DNA from: Schaalia meyeri
GTDB lineage: Bacteria; Actinomycetota; Actinomycetes; Actinomycetales; Actinomycetaceae
Length of the DNA stretch: 32,000 nucleotides
Assembly (NCBI RefSeq): GCF_900105015.1
Contig: NZ_FNLK01000012.1
Location: forward strand, 330,001-362,000
Reading direction: 5' to 3'
The position numbers and the translations under genes were made by a program. The notes below the pieces were generated by a model. The model saw only the letters and a list, made by a program, of their open reading frames with translations. It was not told the DNA's origin and ran no database searches. The first letter of the stretch is position 1; every line of letters begins with the position of its first letter. Shown piece after piece: positions 16,160 to 24,298 of this stretch.

Positions 16160-16199
16160 GCGGGCTGGGTCCAGTACACGATGACCGGACCCAGCCCGC
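16160..16199 (+). terminator. Intrinsic terminator-like hairpin after crp
   Basis: GCGGGCTGGGTCC-(14 nt loop)-GGACCCAGCCCGC is a 13-bp perfect stem. It is followed by CGTTTACTCTTATT. Confidence 0.6.
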
Positions 16200-16321
16200 C
16201 GTTTACTCTTATTGAGACAGCCGCGTTGCACCCACGGCGCAGCGCGCAGGCGCAACCGCGGCGTCCGGTTCCTTGCGTGGGCGCAGCGCCCCCTGCGCAC
16301 CGCACACCCGTGCGCGGGGCG

Positions 16322-16501
16322 TCAGTTCTGAATCGGAGCGGATTCTTGGATCGGGCGCTTGAGGTAGGCGACCAGGTTATCGGAGCCCGTGGGACCCGGG
16401 ATCACCTGAACAAGCTCCCACCCGTCAGCACCCCACTGGTCGAGGATTGCCTTCGTCGCGTGCGTGAGCAGCGGAATCGTGGAATATTCCCATTTGGTCA
16501 T
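16322..16501 (-). CDS. Small DUF4177-like protein (59 aa), below ORF-track cutoff
   Basis: Manual translation: MTKWEYSTIPLLTHATKAILDQWGADGWELVQVIPGPTGSDNLVAYLKRPIQESAPIQN. ATG (16501-16499) overlaps the whiB stop (ATGA). The WEY...GW.L pattern is typical of DUF4177. Confidence 0.6.
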   Translation of the reverse strand: MTKWEYSTIPLLTHATKAILDQWGADGWELVQVIPGPTGSDNLVAYLKRPIQESAPIQN

Positions 16502-16875
16502 GGTGCCATCCTACCCGCCATCTGAGGTCGCACGTAAGACAGAACCTTCGGAACGTGGGGACTGCGCAGTTCGCGCGCCAGAGGATCGTCGGAGGTGCGC
16601 AGCCACTCCAGCCAGTTTTCCGCGTGCGGATAGTGGCGCAGTATCGCCCGGCGTTCCCTCTCCGTCAGGCCGCCCCACACGCCGTAGTTCGCCTCGGACT
16701 CGAGGGCGTCCGCCAGGCATTCGAGGCGAACCTCGCACTCGTAGCAGCGCATACGGACCTGACGCTGCGATGCGCCCTGCACAAATAGCACGTCCGGTTC
16801 AATGGACGCGCAGAGCGCGCGCGCGACCCAGCTCTGGTCATCGCTGTGCGTTGACATCGCGGAACTCCACTTCAC
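16498..16875 (-). CDS. whiB: WhiB-family Fe-S redox-sensing transcription factor
   Basis: Four Cys residues (ALCAS...RCYECEVRLEC) and a GVWGGLTERERR turn. Alternative ATG at 16857 follows TGGAG. Its position next to the class A PBP matches whiB4-ponA2 in mycobacteria. Confidence 0.85.
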   Translation of the reverse strand: MKWSSAMSTHSDDQSWVARALCASIEPDVLFVQGASQRQVRMRCYECEVRLECLADALESEANYGVWGGLTERERRAILRHYPHAENWLEWLRTSDDPLARELRSPHVPKVLSYVRPQMAGRMAP

Positions 16876-16893
16876 TCAACTCCGAGTTCTACA

Positions 16894-16909
16894 TGTGACC
16901 ATACACACA
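16894..16909. promoter_or_regulatory. Candidate Crp binding site upstream of whiB
   Basis: TGTGA-CCATAC-ACACA matches TGTGA-N6-TCACA at 9 of 10 positions. It lies 19-37 nt upstream of the candidate whiB starts, in the whiB/PBP divergent region. Confidence 0.35.
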
Positions 16910-17025
16910 TGACATTGCGGGTGCAAGCGGTGCCACAAGCGATTATGGCGCTGCAGGTGACCGATCAGGCAGTTTTCGCGCCTTATCAAACGCCACATGA
17001 GCGAACCTACACGTAAGCTAGGAGT

Positions 17026-19128
17026 ATGTCGCACTCTCACCATCGCGCTGTCAGACCGACCCAGCTGCTCGCACTGCTGCTGGCATTCCTCAGTGTTTCC
17101 GCGCTTATGGGCGTCGTCGGGGCCGGCATGCTCGTTCCCGTCGCTGGTCCCACCGCGCTGGCCGCGAAGTCGGTTCCCTCCGTCTTCAACGAGCTGCCCG
17201 GCGACCTGCAGACGGTCGCCCCCGCCGAGGAATCGCAGCTACTCGATTCATCGGGCGGCGTGATCGCGCACTTCTACGACAAGCAGCGCATCGTGGTCCC
17301 CAGCGCGAACATTGCTGACGTCATGAAGAAGGCAATCGTCGCGATTGAGGACAAGCGCTTTTACGAGCACAACGGCGTGGACGCCACAGGCATCGCACGC
17401 GCGCTGGTCACTAACCTGGGCGAGACCGGCCACCAGGGCGCATCCACAATCACCCAGCAGTACGTGCGTAACTCGCTGGCCGAGCGCGGCTACCTTGAGG
17501 GCGACGCAGACCAGGTGAGTGCGGCGACCGAGCAGACAACCGAGCGTAAGCTCCGCGAGGTCAAGTACGCGCTGGCACTCGAGAAGACGCTGTCCAAGGA
17601 AGAGATCCTCACCGGCTACCTCAATATCGCTTCCTTCGGCCCCATCACCTACGGGGTGGAGGCGGCGTCTCAACGCTATTTCTCTAAGTCGGCGTCCGAG
17701 TTGAACTACCTGGAAGCCGCGCTGCTGTCCGGCCTGGTGCAGTCCCCCGTCCAGTACGATCCCCTCACCCACCCGGACTCCGCTCAGAACCGCCGCGACA
17801 CGGTCCTGGCGACGATGCTCGATCAGGGCGTCGTCACGCAGGAGGAATACGACAGCGGCATCAAGACGACGGTCGATTCCATGCTGAACCCGACGGTTTC
17901 TCCTGAGGGCTGCTCGGGCGCCGAGTCCTCCAAGGCGTACTTCTGTGACTTCGTTCTGGCGCAGTTCCTGGACGATCCGACGTTCGGCGAGACCCGCATT
18001 GAGCGCGAGCGCATGCTGAAGACCCAGGGCATCACGATCCGCACCACGATGGACTCCTCCAAACAGGCTGCCGCCTACACGTCGCTGACGAACACAATTC
18101 CCGTGGGCGACCCCTCCGGCCTGAACGACGCCCTCGTCTCCCTGGACCCGCGCTCGGGGCGGGTGCTGTCAATGGCGCAGAACACGACGTACGGCATCGA
18201 GAGTGGACAAACCATGTCGAACTACTCTGCCGACGGCAGCTTCCAGGTCGGCTCGACCTTCAAGGTGTTCACCCTGCTCCAGTGGTTCAAGGAGGGTCAC
18301 TCCGCATACGAGACGGTCGGCTCTTCGAACACCTACTACCCCAACGGCGCCTTCAAGTGCGGTGGCCGGTCCATCATCACCGAGGGCTACAAGGTGAACG
18401 ACCTTGCGGGCAAGACCGGCACCATGAACGTCGTTCGCGCGACCGGCCAGTCCGTCAACCAAGCCTTCGTCAACATGGCGTCACGCGTGGACTTCTGTTC
18501 GATCTTCGACACGGCCTACAACATGGGCATCACCGAGGACGGCGAGGTGCCGTCGCCGTTCCCCGCGAACGTCCTCGGCTCCGTGTCCGCCTCTCCCCTG
18601 CAGATGGCGTCCGTTTTCGCGGCGATTGCCAACTCCGGCCAGCAGTGCAAGCCCCAGTCCATCGAGTCCGTGACCGACCGTAACGAGAACGTGCTCAAGG
18701 AGTTTTCGGCCGACTGCAAGGAGGTCATCCCCGCCGACGTCGCCAACAAGACTGCGGCCCTGCTGACCGCGTCGGCCGGACGCTACTACACGTCCACGCG
18801 CCTGAGTGAGGGGCGCCCCTTCGCCGCAAAGTCGGGCACCACCGACGGCCACGCCAACACGTGGCTGACGGGTTTCACCCCGTCGCTCGTGACCGCCGCG
18901 TGGGTGGGTCACGGCGCGAACTCCTCGCAGGAAGTCAGCGGCGTCACCATCAACGGCACCTACTACGGCGACATCTACGGTGAAACCTTCGTCGGCCAAA
19001 ACATTTGGGGCCCCTACATGTCGCAGGTATTGGCGGGCACCCCCGTCGAGTCAGTGTCCAACGCGAATATCGGCTCGGCCCCGCGAGGATCGACGCCGAA
19101 CCCGGGCTCTCACGGTCATGGCAACTGA
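17026..19128 (+). CDS. ponA: Class A penicillin-binding protein (transglycosylase/transpeptidase)
   Basis: GT51 motifs are IEDKRFYEHNGVD, GASTITQQY and ERKLRE. Transpeptidase motifs are STFK, SVN and KSGT. An N-terminal TM anchor is present. SD AGGAG precedes the ATG. Confidence 0.9.
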   Translation: MSHSHHRAVRPTQLLALLLAFLSVSALMGVVGAGMLVPVAGPTALAAKSVPSVFNELPGDLQTVAPAEESQLLDSSGGVIAHFYDKQRIVVPSANIADVMKKAIVAIEDKRFYEHNGVDATGIARALVTNLGETGHQGASTITQQYVRNSLAERGYLEGDADQVSAATEQTTERKLREVKYALALEKTLSKEEILTGYLNIASFGPITYGVEAASQRYFSKSASELNYLEAALLSGLVQSPVQYDPLTHPDSAQNRRDTVLATMLDQGVVTQEEYDSGIKTTVDSMLNPTVSPEGCSGAESSKAYFCDFVLAQFLDDPTFGETRIERERMLKTQGITIRTTMDSSKQAAAYTSLTNTIPVGDPSGLNDALVSLDPRSGRVLSMAQNTTYGIESGQTMSNYSADGSFQVGSTFKVFTLLQWFKEGHSAYETVGSSNTYYPNGAFKCGGRSIITEGYKVNDLAGKTGTMNVVRATGQSVNQAFVNMASRVDFCSIFDTAYNMGITEDGEVPSPFPANVLGSVSASPLQMASVFAAIANSGQQCKPQSIESVTDRNENVLKEFSADCKEVIPADVANKTAALLTASAGRYYTSTRLSEGRPFAAKSGTTDGHANTWLTGFTPSLVTAAWVGHGANSSQEVSGVTINGTYYGDIYGETFVGQNIWGPYMSQVLAGTPVESVSNANIGSAPRGSTPNPGSHGHGN

Positions 19129-20098
19129 CGTCAGCGCCGCGCTGCAGGGGGAAGCCGCCTCGTCAATGAGACGAGGCCTCCGCATCCTGCGCGCCGCGGG
19201 CGCGGTTGTCGCAGGGGTGGGCCTGGCCGGCCTCGCCGCGGGAGGCGCCGCGCTGGCCTGGGGGTCGGTTGAGCGGACCATGCCCGTCCTACGCCGTTAC
19301 GACGTGCCCGTCCAGGCGGATATCCCAGAGGTCAGGATCCTCCAGATTGCCGACCTGCACCTGTTCGCCGGGCAGGACTTCCTGTTGCGCTTCCTGTCTG
19401 GCGTGGCATCGTCCGAACGCTTCGACATGGTCATCTCCACGGGAGATAACTTTGGCTCCACGGACGCGCTCGAAATGGTGATGGAGGCGTATCGTCCCTT
19501 CCTGGCCTACCCGGGCGCGTTCGTGCTCGGGTCCAACGACTATTACTCGCCGATTTCCAAGCGTTGGAGCCTCTACCTGAGCCGATCCAAGCCGCACCCT
19601 TCCCGCGTCGTTCCCGACCTGCCCTACCTGCCGATGGTGCGCCAGATGCGCGAAGCCGGCTGGATCGACCTGTCCAACATGTCCGGGACATTGTCGGTAC
19701 CGACCGGCACGGTGTCGCTGCTCGGCACCGACGACGCGCACATCCACCGTGACCGCATCCCTGCCCCCGCCTCGTCGTGGAACGCTCCCGGCGCGCTGCA
19801 CCTGGGCGTGACCCACGCGCCGTACACGCGCGTGGTTTCCGGGCTCACGTCAGCGGGTTCCGATCTGATCCTGGCGGGGCACACGCACGGCGGCCAGATC
19901 GGCATCCCCGGTTTCGGGGCAATCATCACGAACTGCGACATTTCGCGCGCCTACGCCAAGGGGCTCAGGCGCTGGGAAGCGCCCGATGGCTCATCCTCGT
20001 GGCTGCACGTGTCGGCCGGCCTGGGGACCTCTCCCTACGCAAAGATCCGCATTGCCACGCGGCCCGAGGCCTCCCTCATCCACGTCCACTCCGCGTAG
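19118..20098 (+). CDS. Membrane-anchored metallophosphoesterase (Rv3683-like)
   Basis: ATG at 19118 overlaps the PBP end by 11 nt. Motifs are IADLHL, STGDNF, LGSNDYY and AGHTHGGQIG. There is an N-terminal hydrophobic segment. Confidence 0.8.
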   Translation: MATDVSAALQGEAASSMRRGLRILRAAGAVVAGVGLAGLAAGGAALAWGSVERTMPVLRRYDVPVQADIPEVRILQIADLHLFAGQDFLLRFLSGVASSERFDMVISTGDNFGSTDALEMVMEAYRPFLAYPGAFVLGSNDYYSPISKRWSLYLSRSKPHPSRVVPDLPYLPMVRQMREAGWIDLSNMSGTLSVPTGTVSLLGTDDAHIHRDRIPAPASSWNAPGALHLGVTHAPYTRVVSGLTSAGSDLILAGHTHGGQIGIPGFGAIITNCDISRAYAKGLRRWEAPDGSSSWLHVSAGLGTSPYAKIRIATRPEASLIHVHSA

Positions 20099-20176
20099 GC
20101 CCCCGGCGTGCGCCCGCCCCCCATCCCCACCATTTTGCGGCGTGAAACACACTTCATGCGCTTGGTTCGTCTCGGT

Positions 20177-20206
20177 TTGGGTTTCACGGCGGGGTGAGGC
20201 TATACT
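20177..20206 (+). promoter_or_regulatory. Candidate sigma-70-type promoter for tRNA-Pro
   Basis: TTGGGT (20177-20182), an 18-nt spacer, then TATACT (20201-20206). The -10 ends 10 nt before the tRNA 5' end. Confidence 0.3.
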
Positions 20207-20216
20207 CGAACGGCAC

Positions 20217-20290
<74 letters not shown>

Positions 20291-20300
20291 CTCGGTGAGT

Positions 20301-20329
20301 CGCCGGGACCATCAGGTCCCGGCGATTTT
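20301..20329 (+). terminator. Intrinsic terminator after tRNA-Pro
   Basis: CGCCGGGACC-ATCA-GGTCCCGGCG is a 10-bp perfect stem followed by ATTTTG. Confidence 0.65.
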
Positions 20330-20424
20330 GTATGCGTAAGATCACTGACCGCTGGGTAGACCTGGATGTGAACGTCGATAGACTGAGACGGTAACCATCG
20401 CCAACCGTTCGAGGAGTAAAACCC

Positions 20425-20907
20425 ATGAAGCGTCGCATTGCGGCCGCACTGCTCATCACCCTCCTGCCGCTCGGCATGGCAGCCTGCGGAGGAAACAAGT
20501 CCGACAACTCGACCGCCTCACCGGATGGGAACGCCAGCGCTACCCCGAGTCAGGGGGCCGAATCTGACCAGTCCGTCACCGATGCCTGCGCCACGATAGA
20601 ACCCAACGTCCGCGCAACATCCGAGGAGCTCAGCGCCGCGGCCCAGGAGGCCCGTTCTAACCCACAAAAGGGCCTCGACACGCTCAAGTCCCTAACTTCT
20701 CGGCTGGAGGACACGGCCTCGACGATCAGCAACGCTAACGTGAAGGACTCCCTTGACGCAGTCATCGCAGACATGGGCGCGGCTGCCGCATCGGCGGAAG
20801 ATCTCCTGTCCAACCACGATCCCAGCGCGTTCTCCGACTTGCAGGCCGCTCTCCAGCAGCTCTCCGCCTCAATGGCCGATCTGCAGGATCTCTGCGCGTT
20901 CGAGTGA
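20425..20907 (+). CDS. Lipoprotein, helical, unknown function
   Basis: Signal peptide with lipobox: MKRRIAAALLITLLPLGMAAC. SD GAGGAG is present. The mature part is Ala/Ser/Asp-rich and predicted helical. Confidence 0.7.
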   Translation: MKRRIAAALLITLLPLGMAACGGNKSDNSTASPDGNASATPSQGAESDQSVTDACATIEPNVRATSEELSAAAQEARSNPQKGLDTLKSLTSRLEDTASTISNANVKDSLDAVIADMGAAAASAEDLLSNHDPSAFSDLQAALQQLSASMADLQDLCAFE

Positions 20908-20950
20908 CGCTCGCAGCATCATCAGACGCGTGACCCACAGGGGCACGAAT

Positions 20951-20982
20951 GGGGGCGACCGTCCGGTCGCCCCCGCTTCTTG
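20951..20982 (+). terminator. Intrinsic terminator after lipoprotein gene
   Basis: GGGGGCGACC-GTCC-GGTCGCCCCC is a 10-bp perfect stem followed by GCTTCTTG. Confidence 0.55.
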
Positions 20983-21097
20983 TCGCCACAAATGGCACCG
21001 CGCTGCTTTTTCGCGGCACCGAGGGGTGCCGGGCGCGTCTCATCAGGCGACATAACCAGTATTGAGAGTTGCAGGCACAGATCTCTAAACTAAGGCT

Positions 21098-21964
21098 ATG
21101 CACAGTGATGCACCCGCCGCCACGCCCGCACCCACCAGGCCAGAGGGCGGCCCGCGAGGCCACCGCCCCACCCGCCCGCGCATGCGCAATCTTCAGCGCC
21201 GCGGCTGGCTGAGTGACCAGCATGGCGCGTGGACCATGATGGCCCTGCCGCCTCTGCTCGGCCTGGCGCTGGCCGCGCGCTTCTCGTGGCCCACGCTCCT
21301 CATGCTGGTGGCGTGGGCGATGGCCTTCCAGACGTTCTCCGCCACGTGCCTGTGGGTAAAGACCCCCGCCAAGCGCCGGGGCCGCATCGTCCCCGCGCTG
21401 GCGACCTATGGGGTGCTCACGGCCATTCCCGGGATCGCACTGCTCGTGGCCCGCCCACAAACGCTGTGGTGGGCTATCCTGTTCGCTCCCCTGGCCCTTT
21501 TTGCGCTGCTCCTCGTGTGGCGGGGCCGCGAGCGCTCCCTGGGGGCTCGGACGGCCTCGATCCTGGCGGGCGGCGTGATGGGACCGGTGGCGTTCTCCCT
21601 GGCGTCATCCGACGGATCGCCGGGGGCCGTGTCGGCTCGCGCGTGGGTGACGTGCGCGGCGTTCGCCCTGCATTACGTGGGGACGGTCCCCGTGGTGCGT
21701 TCGATGATCCGGGGCCGCCGGGATCCGCGTTGGGCGTGGGGGGCGACGGCGTTCCATGCGGCGTGCGCGCTGGGCACGCTCCTTGCGTGGCGCTTCGGGA
21801 CGCTCACTGCGTGGCCCGTTGTCGCGTGGGTGGGTCTGACGGTGCGCGCGTGGGTGATGCCCACGGTGAGCCGCGCCAAAAAGCGACCCCTGTCCCCGAA
21901 GCTCATCGGGTTCACCGAGATCGGATGGACAGCGCTTTTATTCGCCTCGCTCCTCATCCCGTAG
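21098..21964 (+). CDS. YwiC-like family membrane protein
   Basis: RRGWLSDQHGAWTMMALPPLLG is followed by multiple TM segments, as in YwiC-like proteins. An alternative start is ATG 21182 (MRNLQRRGW...). Confidence 0.6.
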   Translation: MHSDAPAATPAPTRPEGGPRGHRPTRPRMRNLQRRGWLSDQHGAWTMMALPPLLGLALAARFSWPTLLMLVAWAMAFQTFSATCLWVKTPAKRRGRIVPALATYGVLTAIPGIALLVARPQTLWWAILFAPLALFALLLVWRGRERSLGARTASILAGGVMGPVAFSLASSDGSPGAVSARAWVTCAAFALHYVGTVPVVRSMIRGRRDPRWAWGATAFHAACALGTLLAWRFGTLTAWPVVAWVGLTVRAWVMPTVSRAKKRPLSPKLIGFTEIGWTALLFASLLIP

Positions 21965-22140
21965 GTCGGCGCGCCAGATCCTGGCGGCCGTCAGGAGGCG
22001 GTCGTTTTGGCCGTGGGTACCCACGGATACGCGGACACCCTCGAGGAAGGGACGCACGATCAGCCCGGCGCGGGCGCACACTTGCCGGGAATGTAGCGGG
22101 GCAGGGACACCACGGCGGGCCGAATGCGTAATTTGGTCAT
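21938..22140 (-). pseudogene. Collapsed remnant of a class I/II (HisC2/Pat-like) aminotransferase gene
   Basis: ATG at 22140 gives MTKLRIRPAVVSLPRYIPGKCAPAPG, then stop at 22062-22060. This resembles the N-terminus ..LRPELAGLPVYVPGK.. of histidinol-phosphate/aromatic aminotransferases. A shifted frame continues GLIVRPFLEGVRVSVGTHGQNDRLLTAARIW (C-terminal block of the same family) to TAA at 21938. About 300 internal codons are missing. Confidence 0.45.
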
Positions 22141-22205
22141 GTCTCCAGTCCTATCCCACGGGGATGCGCCGTGCAAACAACACCCCACTGCGCAAGAATA
22201 AACAA

Positions 22206-22592
22206 ATGGACTTCATTGCTCGTTTGTTGGCCACGATGGCCGGGCTGTGGATCTCGACCCTCCTGGTCCCGTCAATCCGGATCGCGTCGTCATCGGCGTC
22301 AGAGACCGTGATCGTGCTGGCTGTCGTCGCTCTGGTGTTCACGGTGGTGAACTCTGTGATTAAGCCCGTCGTTAAGACGCTGGCCTTCCCCCTGTACCTG
22401 GTGACGTTCGGCCTGTTTGCCATGGTGACAAACTCGGCGCTGTTCGCGCTGACGGGTTGGCTCTCAACGTGGCTGGGCGTCCCCCTATCGACGGGCGGCT
22501 TCTGGTCTTGCCTGGCAGGCGCGGTGATCACGTCAGTGGTCGCGTCCATCGTGTCGGGCGTCCTGCGCGACAAGAAGGATAAGCGGGGCTGA
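22206..22592 (+). CDS. PF04020-type 'phage holin family' 4-TM membrane protein
   Basis: ATG at 22206: MDFIARLLATMAGLWISTLLVPSIRI...VVNSVIKPVVKTLAFPLYLVTFGLFAMVTNSALFALTGWL...GFWSCLAGAVITSVV. This matches the family pattern. Confidence 0.7.
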   Translation: MDFIARLLATMAGLWISTLLVPSIRIASSSASETVIVLAVVALVFTVVNSVIKPVVKTLAFPLYLVTFGLFAMVTNSALFALTGWLSTWLGVPLSTGGFWSCLAGAVITSVVASIVSGVLRDKKDKRG

Positions 22593-22618
22593 TTCTCCCA
22601 TCTCTTAACTAAGGCGCG

Positions 22619-24298
22619 TCACCTCTGGGTGATGCGCCTCGTTTGATAGTGGTGGATCGTCGTCTGCGTGTTCTGGGTGAGCCCGAGGGCCTGGGTTCGG
22701 CGCGCTTCGGCCGCCGCCAGGGCGGATAGACCCGGGTCAGACGAAGCCTTGGCCGCGCTCAGGGTGCTCCTGATCTCATCGACGTACAGGGGCGCGCTGT
22801 GGGAGGAGGGCACTGGGTCCTCGGGGTGGGCGGCGGCGGAATAGTCGCGAAACATCACGGTCGTAACGTTGTCTCCTTCCGTGGCGTTTCCGTCCAGGCC
22901 GGGAACGATATCACCGCAGTTTTCGTAGGCCAGTACGGGGACGTCGCTGGGCGCGACGGTCGCGGTGGGCGATCCGGCGGTAACCACGGACACAACATTA
23001 TAGCTGGCGCGTACCTCCGGGTCGGCGGCCAACTGGGCCGCCATGATCCCGCCCTGTGAGTGCCCGGCCAGTTCAACGGCGTCGCCGGGCGGAATACCCG
23101 CTGCTCGCATCGCCTCTTTGATGGCATTCAACTGGTCAGAGGACGTGCCGGCCACCCCCTGCAGGTTGGAGCGCATGTCCTGCGGACCCGCCCGCCCGAC
23201 GTTAAAGGACTGGGTGCCTCGAATGTCGACGGTCCACGACCTGGTAGTGCTCCCGTCCGCGTCGACGGTGACGTGCTCCTCGACGGCGATCTCTCCGTTG
23301 TGGGCGTCACCTCCGTGCATCTGGGTAATGTGCTCAATGATATCGGCGCTGGTGGCGGCGCCCGAGTAGTGCGTATCTGGGGCCGCGTCCGGCATCGCCG
23401 AGGCCGCGGCCTTCGCCCGAGCATCGAATACGCCCGGAGGCAGTGACGAGGCGGCGGCGCCGCCGCGCACGTGCGTGTGCCCGTCGGATCCGCTAACCAC
23501 TATTCCGTAGCTTCGTCCGCGCCCCCACCCCAGCGCCGTCAAGCCTGCGGCCACCAGGGCGGACACCCCGGAGGCGGACTGCGTTGACGTCGGATTCGCG
23601 CCCTGGCTGATTCCCGTGTCCAACAGCGACTGGGCGACCAGGCGATAGGCGGGACACGAGTTGACGTCCAGCGCGAATCTGCCGATGTCCCGCTGGAATT
23701 GCGCGCCCGAGGCCTGGTCCCCGTGCAATACGAAGGCGATTCCATCCTCCACCGCGTTCCACAGGTCCCTTTGGGCAACCAGGACGGCCACCCCCGGCAT
23801 CACCGCGGCGGGAAGCCAGGGCAGGCCCGCCCGGTGCGCCGCGTCCTGGGCGCCGTGAAACAGGGCCGTCCCACCCGACGCCGTCACTCTCCCGGGGCCG
23901 AGCACCCATCTGGTCAGGCCGCCGGGGCCCAGCTGCGGCCCCATCGGGCTGCCGGGCACCGTTTCCCACAGTGAGGCCGCGGCGTCCGCGTCCCCGTAGG
24001 TCAGGGCCACGTCTTGGATTTTCCATCGCAGGGCGTCGATCGTGGATGTAAGGCTGTCGAGGGCGGCTGTGGCCGCAATGATCGCGGCCACGAGTCGCGT
24101 GGCGGCCGCCGGGGCGACGGCCGACGCCAGCTCCGCCTGAGCGAGCGCCGCGCCGAGCGCGAGGCGCGCCGGGGTAATCGTGACCATCTCCTGGTAGGTC
24201 ATCAGCGTGTGGGCGGCGCACAGCTCGTTCACATCGACGCTGAAGGGTCCGGATACGACGGACACGTCCCGATACGGGTCAAAGGCCATGGTCACCAC
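22619..24298 (-). CDS. Helical N-domain (YxxxD) fused to class-3-lipase-like alpha/beta hydrolase; putative exported lipase/esterase
   Basis: 559-aa ORF. The N-terminal ~100 aa are Ala/Leu-rich and end in LTYGDAD. C-terminal blocks are WTVDIRGT, ELAGHSQGGIMAAQLA and CGDIVPGLDG. Start candidates are GTG 24298, GTG 24295 and ATG 24289, around the upstream stop. Confidence 0.75.
   Translation of the reverse strand: MVTMAFDPYRDVSVVSGPFSVDVNELCAAHTLMTYQEMVTITPARLALGAALAQAELASAVAPAAATRLVAAIIAATAALDSLTSTIDALRWKIQDVALTYGDADAAASLWETVPGSPMGPQLGPGGLTRWVLGPGRVTASGGTALFHGAQDAAHRAGLPWLPAAVMPGVAVLVAQRDLWNAVEDGIAFVLHGDQASGAQFQRDIGRFALDVNSCPAYRLVAQSLLDTGISQGANPTSTQSASGVSALVAAGLTALGWGRGRSYGIVVSGSDGHTHVRGGAAASSLPPGVFDARAKAAASAMPDAAPDTHYSGAATSADIIEHITQMHGGDAHNGEIAVEEHVTVDADGSTTRSWTVDIRGTQSFNVGRAGPQDMRSNLQGVAGTSSDQLNAIKEAMRAAGIPPGDAVELAGHSQGGIMAAQLAADPEVRASYNVVSVVTAGSPTATVAPSDVPVLAYENCGDIVPGLDGNATEGDNVTTVMFRDYSAAAHPEDPVPSSHSAPLYVDEIRSTLSAAKASSDPGLSALAAAEARRTQALGLTQNTQTTIHHYQTRRITQR

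Noticed and set aside
20291-20424. Possible genomic-island integration at tRNA-Pro (looked for an integrase and for a duplicated tRNA 3' end downstream)
   Set aside because: No integrase or recombinase ORF was seen. I found no second copy of gtgggttcaaatcccgccaccccga or its 3' half by eye in the window. Only loss of synteny and the deletion scar are supported.
21081-21096. 16-nt near-repeat atctct(a/t)aactaaggc at 21081-21096 and 22600-22615, flanking the YwiC/remnant/holin block (possible att-like direct repeat)
   Set aside because: A 15/16 match is expected several times by chance among all position pairs in 32 kb by my rough estimate. No integrase or other mobility gene lies between the copies.
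21229-22131. 300-aa plus-strand ORF in an alternative frame of the YwiC-like gene
   Set aside because: Its Gly/Arg/Pro-rich product has no TM or domain features. The 21098-21964 frame gives the QHGAW motif and regular TM helices.
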